From Macrostomum lignano (lineage: Eukaryota), in contig NIVC01001075.1 of the NCBI GenBank assembly GCA_002269645.1, positions 283,053 to 347,052 on the forward strand: a stretch of 64,000 bases of DNA, given 5' to 3'. This document shows, piece after piece, positions 10,501-29,035 of the stretch; position 1 is the first letter of the stretch, and every line of letters begins with the position of its first letter. The notes beneath the pieces are model-generated. The model was given only the letters and a program-made list of their open reading frames with translations, ran no database searches and was not told where the DNA came from. Made by a program: the position numbers and the translations under genes.

Positions 10501-12326
10501 CTATGCTACGAATGACAATTCTATCAATGTATGTTCTATCACCTGTATGTACATTGCTGTTTCTTTATAACTGTGTATATTTTGGAGAAACTGCCTTCCA
10601 TCGCCATTTAATTTAACTTTAATATTGCAGAGTCGTTCCATTGCGCAGGCATATAATGCAAGCCCCCGTCAGTGGTCTCATTAATCGCCTTCCACGCGCG
10701 CGACCCGATCTTTCAAACGTCTGGCTCACGCATCGACTGCCATCAGAGTGGCGTCCGAGTACAGCAGGTCCGACCTGCGACTCAGCACCAGCTCGCAGCA
10801 GATCACCAATTCAGTAGTATCAATTAGTAGCCACAGTATAAGTAGGTCTACTTATAACTGGACTGTCGAAACTCATACGTATGCCACGCTGTTCTCCAGA
10901 AGTTTTCGTTCCTGTTGAGCTTGTTCCTGTTCCTTGTTTAGTTTGTATAAGGCGCTTACAAAGTACAACCCGCTGTTAAATATAGAGATGCTACTCATAA
11001 AATCTTGAAACACCAACTTCTTATATGCATCTTTACTGCAAAATTTGATGTCAATGCCTTCCGGCTTCTTTCGCATGGATTACCCGACTGTTACCTGGTC
11101 AGCGAATCCTGTTTGCCAGACAGGATAACAAACAAGATAACAAACAGGATAACACGATGTTTCCCTGCAGGATTCGCATGAATTACCCGACTGTTACCTG
11201 GTCAGCGAATCCTGTTTGCCAGACAGGATAACAAACAAGATAACAAACAGGATAACACGATATTTCCCTGCAGGATTCGCACGAATTACCCGACTGTTAC
11301 CTGGTCAGCGAATCCTGTTTGCCAGACAGGATAACAAACAAGATAACAAACAGGATAACACGATGTTTCCCTGCAGGATTCGCATGAATTACCCGACTGT
11401 TATCTGGTCAGCAAATCCTTTTTGAATCTTGTTTGAAACAAGGAAACGTAAGATTTCGTCACGCAAACAAGATTCATACAAGATAACATTTTGCATAACC
11501 GGAATAGGGCATGTTATCTTGTTTGAGCGAATGTTATCTTGTGGTGTTATCTGGTTTATTTACCAGAGGGAGCAATGAACACCGTCTACTTGATTGATTT
11601 TGGATTTGCTAAACAGGCAAGTTTACTGTGTTATCCATTCGGATGTCAGCACTGAGTTCTGTTATCCATTCGGATGTCAGCACTGAGTTCTGTTATCCAT
11701 CGGATGTCAGCACTGAGTTCTGTTATCCATTCGGATGTCAGCACTGAGTTCTGTTATCCATCGGATGTCAGCACTGAGTTCTGTTATCCATCGGATGTCA
11801 GCACTGAGTTCTGTTATCCATTCGGATGTCAGCACTGAGTTCTGTTTTCCATTCGGATGTCAATGAAAACAATGAAAGCTTCGCATCCGATAAATAAAAA
11901 ACAACTAACACAAGAACATGCGCTGACACTGGAACTCTAAAGGTGGCAGATAACCCTGTGGAAGACTGGATGGGCTCGCGCAAGTACATCTCCGTTGACG
12001 CGTACAGCGGCGAACGAGCCAACTACGCTCAGGACATCGAGAGCTGGTTCTATCTCATCATGGCTCTGCTGTACGACTCGCTGCCTTGGTCGGATGACGT
12101 CATCACGCCAATGCTCGAGGCCCAGGACGAGGCTGGCCGTTGGCTTCTGGCAGCGACCATCAAGCGGACCTGGTGGGGAGACTACAACGGCGCCAATACG
12201 CTGCACAGCATGCTGAACCAGGTGCAGAGCCTGCACCAGCGCGAGGTGCCCGACATTGGACAGATCATGAACCAGCTGCACCGGCGGGTGCGGGACCTGC
12301 GGGAGAACCTGCGACAGAACCGGTGA
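4551..12326 (+). CDS. Divergent casein kinase 1 / TTBK-family Ser/Thr kinase, interrupted by a DNA transposon (possibly a disrupted allele)
   Basis: Coding segments 4551-4838, 6448-7117, 11573-11616, 11943-12326 join in frame to 461 aa once 7118-11570 and one TSD copy are removed. Motifs: LGYGAYGSVF, VAIKYE, MELLGPSIED, HHDLKPDN, VYLIDFGFAK, GSRKYIS, DIESWFY, LPW. MELLGPS and LPW are CK1-family hallmarks. Confidence 0.85.
5062..5322 (+). mobile_element. hAT (Buster/Charlie-like) MITE, 261 bp
   Basis: Ends CAGGGCTCGGCA ... TGCCGACCCCTG; perfect 8-bp TSD TACTAAAT (5054-5061, 5323-5330) with central TA; CT-rich interior; lies in kinase intron 1. Confidence 0.85.
7200..8000. repeat. Left subterminal ~122-bp tandem repeats of the TIR element
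   Basis: Units rich in CAGATAAC / GTTATCTG / GAATCTTG motifs that also occur in the TIR. Confidence 0.85.
8430..9170. repeat. 58-bp tandem array inside the TIR element, ~12 copies
   Basis: Unit CTTCTGTTGTGGCTCAAGGCAGCTCATAAGCTGACCTGCGATGGATAATCAATCCTCG. Confidence 0.95.
11075..11425. repeat. Right subterminal ~107-bp repeats (x3) of the TIR element
   Basis: Three copies of ATTACCCGACTGTTACCTGGTCAGCGAATCCTG...CAGGATAACAAACAAGATAAC. Confidence 0.9.
11626..11862. repeat. 30/31-bp minisatellite in the last kinase intron
   Basis: TGTTATCCATTCGGATGTCAGCACTGAGTTC, ~7 copies. Confidence 0.95.
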
Positions 12327-12604
12327 GGACTGAGGGAGAGTGGCGAAACATTCACAAGAAACCCCAATCGTCACTGTGGAGTACGTAGAGTACGTTCAGC
12401 GGTTAACCGCGCCAAAGTACCCGGCTAAGATTCTGTGCGCGGCCGTGTAACTTAAAGGCTCGTGCACGAAATTGACCTTGGGCTTAGGCAATTGACCTTG
12501 ACCTTAGGCAATTCACGCCAATAAAGGCTAACCCCCAAGGCACCGAGTGAGTGCCTGCGTACGTATCCAAGTGATGAGCGTGCTCGGGTGTCAGCGGTAC
12601 TGCC

Positions 12605-13378
12605 ATGGCAAGGCATGAAAGCCTTCGTGCAAACTACCCATCTCGGCACTCTCACAGGGACCCAAAGTCGGCAAATGCGGAGCTGTCGAACAGCCACTCC
12701 AAGTCTAGCTCAGGCTACATGAGCATCCGCAAGGTGCTTCTACAGATATTCGAATTGCCCAGGATCGTCAAGAACCAGATGCTCGGCGATCAGGAGTTTC
12801 GCGCCTATCAGGACGCTCGCCGGGCCCAGGGACTGAGGCCGTTCCGATGGGATCCTACGGACTTCCAGTGGGAGTGGGATCGCAACCACTCTCGCATGCT
12901 CAATAGCAACGCCGGCGTCGACAGCGGCGGCACGCCGGGCGGCGAAGAGTTAAGCGTCGGAGGAGTAGAAATCGGCGAGTTCGAGAACCCGCCGGTCATC
13001 TCCGGGAACAACCATCGAGACCTGCTTCGACGCCAGATTGAAAGCCTGCCAGCTTACTCGGATTTGAGAAGGGCGGCGCGGCGAAGAGGATTCAGCATAC
13101 TGAGCGACGAGAGCGGCGCCAGTCGAGAGCGAGCTGACGAGATCAGCTACGTGTTCGATTCGCGCAACAACTGCCTGGTGCCCAAGTGGCCCAGCGGCGG
13201 AATTTGTCGGCGACGCCAAACCAGACCCCGAGCCGCGTCGGCGATGGATCGCTACGGCAAAGACGACTCTGAGGAGGAAGCTGATGACTACCGGCCGGGT
13301 TCGGAGCTCAAGCGGCTGGCTAATCCCGCCTGGCTGCAGGGCTGGCAAACTGGCTGGACGAATGAGTCCACCACTTAA
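12605..13378 (+). CDS. Intronless hypothetical protein, 257 aa
   Basis: Non-repetitive ATG-TAA ORF with the same GC-rich codon style as neighbouring exons; no domain recognised. Confidence 0.6.
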   Translation: MARHESLRANYPSRHSHRDPKSANAELSNSHSKSSSGYMSIRKVLLQIFELPRIVKNQMLGDQEFRAYQDARRAQGLRPFRWDPTDFQWEWDRNHSRMLNSNAGVDSGGTPGGEELSVGGVEIGEFENPPVISGNNHRDLLRRQIESLPAYSDLRRAARRRGFSILSDESGASRERADEISYVFDSRNNCLVPKWPSGGICRRRQTRPRAASAMDRYGKDDSEEEADDYRPGSELKRLANPAWLQGWQTGWTNESTT

Positions 13379-13407
13379 TCGGGGGATTTAAAAGGTGTTT
13401 GACTCGT

Positions 13408-13795
13408 TGCATGAGCCATGAGTACCTGTTGGATAAACCATGAGTACCTGTTGATGAGCCATGAGTACCTGTTGATGAGCCATGAGTACCTGTTGATGAG
13501 CCATGAGTACCTGTTGATGAGCCATGAGTACCTGTTGATGAGCCATGAGTACCTGTTGATGAGCCATGGGTACCTGTTGGATAAACCATGAGTACCTGTT
13601 GGATAAACCATGAGTACCTGTTGATGAGCCATGAGTACCTGTTGGATAAACCATGAGTACCTGTTGATGAGCCATGAGTACCTGTTGGATAAACCATGAG
13701 TACCTGTTGGATAAACCATGAGTACCTGTTGGATAAACCATGAGTACCTGTTGATGAGCCATGAGTACCTGTTGATGAGCTACGAGTACCAGTTA
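13408..13795. repeat. 21/22-bp minisatellite (CCATGAGTACCTGTTGATGAG)
   Basis: ~18 tandem copies starting ~30 bp after the ORF stop. Confidence 0.95.
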
Positions 13796-14534
13796 AGATC
13801 CATGAGCACCTGCTGATGGCTCATGAACACCTGTCGATGGGTCATGCAGGCCATTCTATACACCTGGCATGGTCAAATTTGTCATTAAAATGCAGTTACC
13901 AATCTACGTGTATTATTTTATTTCGTGTTTTATCGTGCGTAACAACATTTAGGCACATGAATTTAAAAAATAAATATTTACTTTCTTTTAAAATTTATTA
14001 CTAAATAATACTACTTATAGTAGCGCCCTAATTTTATTACTTGCTTGGTAATTTAAAGGATACTGCAGAGCACGAGATGTAACACGAAACCCCCAAGTTT
14101 TGGCTGCAATAACGATTTTTATACAATAGAGGACAGCTTCACAAACCCATGATGGCAAGTTGTTATATATATTTAGCTGGTGTGGTCAAAAAGACGATGT
14201 CATGACAGGCGATAATTAGCTAATTAAATACAAAACACCTCTGATAGCGATAATCGATCAAGGTAATAATCGTAAAGAAGAGGAAATTACAATCCTTACT
14301 ACTTATCATCAGTATAGTTGCTAATTTGAAACCAAGAAACAAACAGTGCTTATTAAAATTAGTTTGAAAACCATATACCCCACACACACAGCCTGCTCAA
14401 GCACTTTTCATTGTGATTAACTGATGACGCAATATTTACTAAATGAAAAAAAACCTGAAAGCTGCTCACTAAAAAACAATGAAATTCAAAACAAAATCTG
14501 TCTTTATACAATGGGTGAAGTTTTCATGTGATTT

Positions 14535-15045
14535 TTTATGGGCGATTCTCATGCCACTTTAGGGCGATTCTCATAGCAGTTTGGGGGCGATTCTCATGCC
14601 ACTTTAGGGCGATTCTCATAGCAGTTTGGGGGCGATTCTCATGCCACTTTAGGGCGATTCTCATAGCAGTTTGGGGGCGATTCTCATGCCACTTTAGGGC
14701 GATTCTCATAGCAGTTTGGGGGCGATTCTCATGCCACTTTAGGGCGATTCTCATAGCAGTTTGGGGGCGATTCTCATGCCACTTTAGGGCGATTCTCATA
14801 GCAGTTTGGGGCGATTCTCATGCCACTTTAGGGCGATTCTCATAGCAATTTGGGGGCGATTCTCATGCCACTTTAGGGCGATTCTCATAGCAGTTTGGGG
14901 GCGATTCTCATGGCAATTTGGGGGCAATTCTCATGCCACTTTAGGGCGATTCTCATAGCAGTTTGGGGGCGATTCTCATGCCACTTTAGGGCGATTCTCA
15001 TAGCAGTTTGGGGGCGATTCTCACGGCAGTTGGGGGGCGATTCTG
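14535..15045. repeat. 45-bp (22+23) minisatellite with GGGCGATTCTCA core
   Basis: ~11 dimeric units; core shared with the array at 18065-19250. Confidence 0.95.
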
Positions 15046-15160
15046 AAGGGGCACGAGAAGGATGATATTGGACGGCTGAGGTATGCCTATCAGGTTAAAC
15101 AAAATGAATCTCACACCAAAGATTGATTAGGGATGATTCTCAAAATGGATTAAAGGCATC

Positions 15161-23069
<7,909 letters not shown>

Positions 23070-24508
23070 GGCATGAGAAGAATAAATATTGTTTCCTCAA
23101 TTGAGACAAATGTATACAGTTTAGTAGTTAATGAAAAAATTAAATAGTTAATATAAAAAATATGCACTGATCAGGAGCCATCAGAATACTTGAGATATAT
23201 ACTGTCATGCTAGAATCCCACACCTTGACATAGAATTATATACCCTAACACCCTAGAATCTCATACCCTGACACCCTAGAATCTAATACTCTAACACGTT
23301 AAGATCTTTTATTTTGATCTTTGATACTTTAAAAAAGAATATTTTACCTTAACACTGACATTGTCATATAATAATATACTTTATTATAAATAGCCAATAA
23401 TGAAAAATCATTTATATCAGCAAAATAGTAAATTGGAATGATCTAAAGACTAAGATAATTTTTATTTTAAAGATTAAATATAATCTACCTTTTCCTAGAA
23501 TGCTAATTGAGTGTAAAATATAGTATTAAAAAATAGCACATCACTTTTTTTATATCTTAAACTGTTTAATAAAATGTAGATAAGAAAAATTTTGGCCAAA
23601 AACTTTTTTAGGAAATAACTTTTTTAAATTTTATTATTTTAAGCATGTCAATACAAATAAAAGTGCTAGTTTTAAATAAAAATATTTCTAATTTAGATTC
23701 TTTAAAACTTTGATATTCACTTTCAAGATATGTTATTATTTATAACTTAATAAAACTTTCTTGTATATAACATATTTAGGTAAACATAAACAATATCTTT
23801 TTGCCTATATTTATTTTTGTCTTTTTAATTAGCATTGCCAAATAGTCTATAGTTTTTTTTTTCAGATCCAATTGAATTTTACTTTAAGATTATACATAAC
23901 ATTATATTTAAGCTAAACAACTACTAGTTCTATTATTATAATATTATCTAATACAAAATTATTACACTAAAAGATATTGATTTTCATTAGATTCCTATAT
24001 ACTTCCCCAGGATCCCCAAGATTACTAAAAATAAATACTTTTTCTTTGTTCACTTAAGATTTAATAAACTACGAAAAAAACAATTTTTTATGCTTTGTAC
24101 AATTGTAGTCTGTACTATAGTAGTTAGTTTGCTTATACCTTTGTTACTTATTTTAGTGCAAATACTATAGATAAACAAGAAAAAAATTATTCGCCTTTCG
24201 TTGGCGTTATTACCACCGACGTACGTTGTTTTGTAGAAAAACATGCTTTCGAAATAATGCTAATGTTTTCCAGGAAAATTTTATCGGTTAAAGAAAATAA
24301 GAGCATTAAGTTAAATATTGTACGAAAGCATGTAGTTCATACTTCAGCAGTATTGCTTATTTAAACCTTGAAGTGTATTAGTCCCACATTCAATATCAAC
24401 TGAGCACATAATTAACATTTCTAATGTCAATTTGTTCATTTTTAATTACAAAGCGTGCCGTATTTTTCAACCTTTGGACCTGTTCAGCTGACATTTGATA
24501 GCAATCGC

Positions 24509-27500
24509 ATGTCAGCAATAGCAGGTATGTCTGAATCAATACAGCCAGACCAAAACGATATTGATGACTCCGCGAAGCTAATATCGTCTGCCTATCAGCA
24601 AGTTAATCATGGCATCAATGAGACGTTTCATTATGAAGTTGATAAAAAGAACGCCGATTTTCAAGGGGGTAAAGACATCTGTTGCACTTCATTTTCGTAA
24701 ACCCAGACTATATCGGAGACACAAGATTTTCTGTTGGAACTTTTCCTGCTGTTGAGGTTTCAATGTAACTCGCATTTATTTGCGTTTTTTAGTGTTTTAC
24801 AATGAACGCAATCGTGAGTTTTTGGCTATGGACGCAAACGGAATTTTACAAGTTAAACCACAATCTCCGAATAAGCCGAGTAAGCCCGTTGCGTATTACC
24901 CTAATTAATATCAATATTTGGCTAGTAATTTTAATTCTCAATACATAGAAGTTTCTTCACAAATTTCAGTTCAGCGCATTGCTCACTATCCAAAGTATGA
25001 GTACAGCCTCTTGTCTCAGTTAATCTATTATAGACAGTACAATATCTACTTTGCACTCAACAAACAGTCGGCTTTGTTGGTAAGTTTTTTTGCAGTTAAA
25101 AAATCTAAGTCCTGATAAAAACAATTTTTAGAACAGAATTTTATTCTTCAATTTCAGGTTCTGAACAGATTCTTTGAAGAAATGGTGCCAGTCACGTTTG
25201 AGCAAAGAAACGTTTTAGCAATGATATTTGACAAGTCACGTGACCAGCTAATTACCAATGGCGCATACGGCACGAAGGTATGGCTGATCATTTGTAGTAT
25301 CAATGAAGCTTTTCTGGCACATTAACAGTAGGAATGCCAAGCCATTTTTCCGCCCGTCGAACTACCAAGGGTCCCCCCTGAAAAGGCAGTCGAGATATTC
25401 AACAATTCTGCTAGAAGGTCAGATTTTTTCATAGTCACCTGGTGCCACCTGTTGAAGCTGTAGAAGCTCCGCTTGGGTGAAGGCCAGGGACCAACGAAGT
25501 CAGGGCTGATGCAGACACATGTGGTCGACGTGCTGGTGGAATTTGGAGGCTTGGCAAGGCTGCACTGAGGCGCAGTGCTGATTGGCGCACAGGGGTTGTA
25601 CTGAATACACGGGCGCATATGGGAAAAATCCGACCTTCTGACAGAATCGTTGAATATCTCGACGGTCCGGAGGGCTGGCGGCTTGATTCTTGTTTGAGAA
25701 GTTGCACAACAAAAAGTTAGACCGTGTTATGGAATTTCGTGTGCCTGCGTTGCTGCGTTCCGGCGCAGAAAAAAATTGTCAGGATGGGAGGGGGAATCAC
25801 CCCTTTGTAGTTCTACCTGTTTAGAAACGGTCATCTCCCTCCAAATCAACAGTTCTGGGTGTTCCAACCGAAAACGGAGAAGCACCTGATGCTTGGCAAG
25901 GCAATGTCCAACTATGAGCTGAAGCTCATTGAGCACCTGGAGGACCTGGGCGGCAGCTGGGTGAAGTATGTTGACATTGATTACAACCACGACCACTTGT
26001 ACTACTGCTCTGAGACTGACGTTCGCTGCTACAGCCTTTCCGGCTTTGATCGAGCAAAGCTGCTGTTTAAATTGGATGAGTGAGTCAGCTCCATGCCGCT
26101 CAGTTTGCCTATATAGAACTACTTAGTGGAAGTAGTGTCCCATTAACTGTGTTATGTTGTACTCGTAAAACAGAGGTCGACAACTTTTTTACCTCAAGGG
26201 CCAGGTAAAAAATATAGATCATTACTGCGGATCAGATAGGAAAGGAAAGGAGAGGGAATAGAAAAGAGAGAAGAGGCAAGATATTAAAGATGAGACATGG
26301 GAGGCGAAATGAGAGATACGATGAGAGGAGAGGAGATATGAGAAGAGTGAAGAAAGGAGAGGAGACGAGAGAAAAGAGGAGAGGAAAGACAAGAGAAGAT
26401 AAATAGTAGCGGAGATATGAGAGACGAGAAGCAAGGAGAGATGAGAGGAGAGAGATGAAAGGAAAGACTGGAGAGGTGAGATGAGAAGAGGACAGAGATG
26501 AGAGTAGAGAGGAGAGAACTGAGATGATCACACACAAGACTTAAGTGAGGGCCGGATAGAGAGGCTTCGCGGGCCGCATGTTGCAAACACTTCGAAATCC
26601 TTGCAGCTGCCATCGCATGGAGATCACGGGCTGCCTGTTCTCAAACTCTCAGCAACTGCTGGTAACATCCAGCATGGACACCGAGGTGAAGCTCTGGAAC
26701 ACTAAGCACGGCTTCCTGACCTCGTTTCTCGGCCACTCTCAGGGCATCACCGGGATGTACTTTTATCCTGGCGACGAGTCGCGAATAATCACGGCCTCCC
26801 TGGACGGCTCAGTGCGGCTTTGGTCCCTGGCGCTGCAGGAGTGCCAGATGACTGTCCAGGCGCTGCACTCGGACCCGGTGATCTGGTCTGGCATGGCGCA
26901 CCAGCGTCTCATGTTTGTTGCGTCAACTAGGCAATTTGCGCTGCTGCACATCAACTACTTGCCGGTGTATTGGTCCGAGTGCCGTTCGCAGGTGAATGTT
27001 GCATGGATAATGGGCTGAAAATTTCAGGTTTATAAATGCTTTAATTATGACTTGGTTGTGTTTAGATGGTCTGGAGCTGTCATGAAGTGTCTCAGATGGT
27101 CTGGAGCTGTAGTAGAGTAGCTCAGGTGGTCTGAAGCTGTAGTAGAGTAGCCCAGATGGTCTGGAGCTGTAGTGGAGTTGCTCAGATGGTCTGGAGCTGT
27201 AGTGGAGTTGCTCAGATGGTCTGGAGCTGTAGTAGATGGTCTGGAGCTGTAGTAGAGTTGCTCAGGTGGTCTGGAGCTGTAGTAGAGTTGCTCAGGTGGT
27301 CTGAAGCTGTAGTAGATGGTCTGAAGCTGTAGTAGAGTTGCTCAGGTGGTCTGGAGCTGTAGTGGAGTTGCTCAGGTGGTCTGGAGTAGATGGTCTGGAG
27401 CTGTAGTAGATGGTCTGGAGCTGTAGTAGGTGGTCTGGAGCTGTAATAGGAGCTAGATGGTCTGGAGCTGTAGTAGAGTTGCTCAGATGGTCTGGAGCTG

Positions 27501-28905
27501 TAGTGGAGTTGCTCGAGCTGCAGATTTGGCCAAAATTCGCAGACTCGTGGGCTTATCTATGATCCGATAAAACCCAATTGTCTGTCCACAGGCCACCCGC
27601 TTGTCCCTGGTGGGCACCAGCGGCGGAATCTGCGGTGCCACGCCACAGAAGTCCACCCGCTTGTTGGCTCTGTGCGAGGACAGCAGCGTCCGGCTTTACT
27701 CAAGACGCGACGGGCGGCTCCTGAGCAGCCTGCTCACTCCGCCTGACGTGTCGCCGCTCGACCGCGTACTCGACGTCTGTCATTCCCGCGCCACCGGCCT
27801 GACCTTCGTGCTACTCGACGGCGACAGACTGTGGGTGTACTTTGCCAAGAGCAACCCGGCCTGCAGGCTTCACGCCTGGACTATGAAAGTAAGGGGAATG
27901 ATTGAGTCACTCTATGAGCTGTCTGAGGATGATTCAGTCACTCTATGAGCTGTCTGAGAATGAGTGAGTCACTCTGTGAGCTGTCTGAGAATGAGTGAGT
28001 CACTCTGTGAGCTGTCTGAGAATGAGTGAGTCACTTTGTGAGCTGTCTGAGAATGAGTGAGTCACTCTATGAGCTGTCTGAGAATGAGTGAGTCACTCTG
28101 TGAGCTGTCTGAGAATAATTGAGTCACTCTATGAGCTGTCTGAGAATGAGTGAGTCACTCTGTGAGCTGTCTGAGAATGATTGAGTCACTCTGTGAGCTG
28201 TCTGAGAATGATTGAGTCACTCTGTGAGCTGTCTGAGAATGATTGAGTCACTCTGTGAGCTGTCTGAGAATGATTGAGTCACTCTATGAGCTGTCTGAGA
28301 ATGATTGAGTCACTCTGTGAGCTGTCTGAGAATGATTGAGTCACTCTATGAGCTGTCTGAGAATGAGTGAGTCACTCTATGAACTGTCTGAGAATGAGTG
28401 AGTCACTCTATGAGCTCTATTGGATTTTTTCAAAACAACTGTAAACTAACAACCGCCCCAGGAGCTTCACGCCGCCCTGAGCGCCTCAAGCGGAACTGCC
28501 GGCCTGTCAATCAAAACACAGGAGCTGGCCAAGTCGCAGAGGGCCAGCGATTACTATCAGGGTGGCGCAGGCGGCGGCCAAAATTCCGCGCCTCGTTGCC
28601 TGCGCCTGGCCCTGCTGCGAAGTCACGTGATTCGATGGACTCTATCCAGCCTGGCGCTGGAGTGCCCGCTTGCTGAGGAGCTGCTGCTGCTGGGACTGTC
28701 GGATGGCAGGGTGCTTTTTCTGGACCCGACTGCCCCAGCAGGAAAGCTTCATCTCCAGCTGCAGGCGCACCGAGGGCCGGTGACCCGGCTGGCTTGGGAC
28801 GAGCCGCACGAGTGTCTGCTTACGGGGACCGAGAATAAGGTTAGTTAGTTAGTGAGTCAGTTAGTTAGTCAGTTAGTTATTTAGTTAGTTTAGTTAGTTA
28901 GTTAG

Positions 28906-28994
<89 letters not shown>

Positions 28995-28999
28995 CAGTC

Positions 29000-29035
<36 letters not shown>

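Larger units (their letters stand above)
7118..11570. mobile_element. Non-autonomous TIR DNA transposon, CACTA/CMC-like, 4453 bp
   Basis: 37-bp perfect TIR CCCTCTGGTAAATAAACCAGATAACACCACAAGATAA (7118-7154; reverse complement 11534-11570); AG duplicated on both flanks; subterminal repeats at both ends; no transposase ORF seen. Confidence 0.88.

Noticed and set aside
7125-11566. Ordinary GT-AG intron of the kinase
   Set aside because: Donor and acceptor phases are incompatible (13-nt footprint); TIRs and TSD show it is a transposon insertion.
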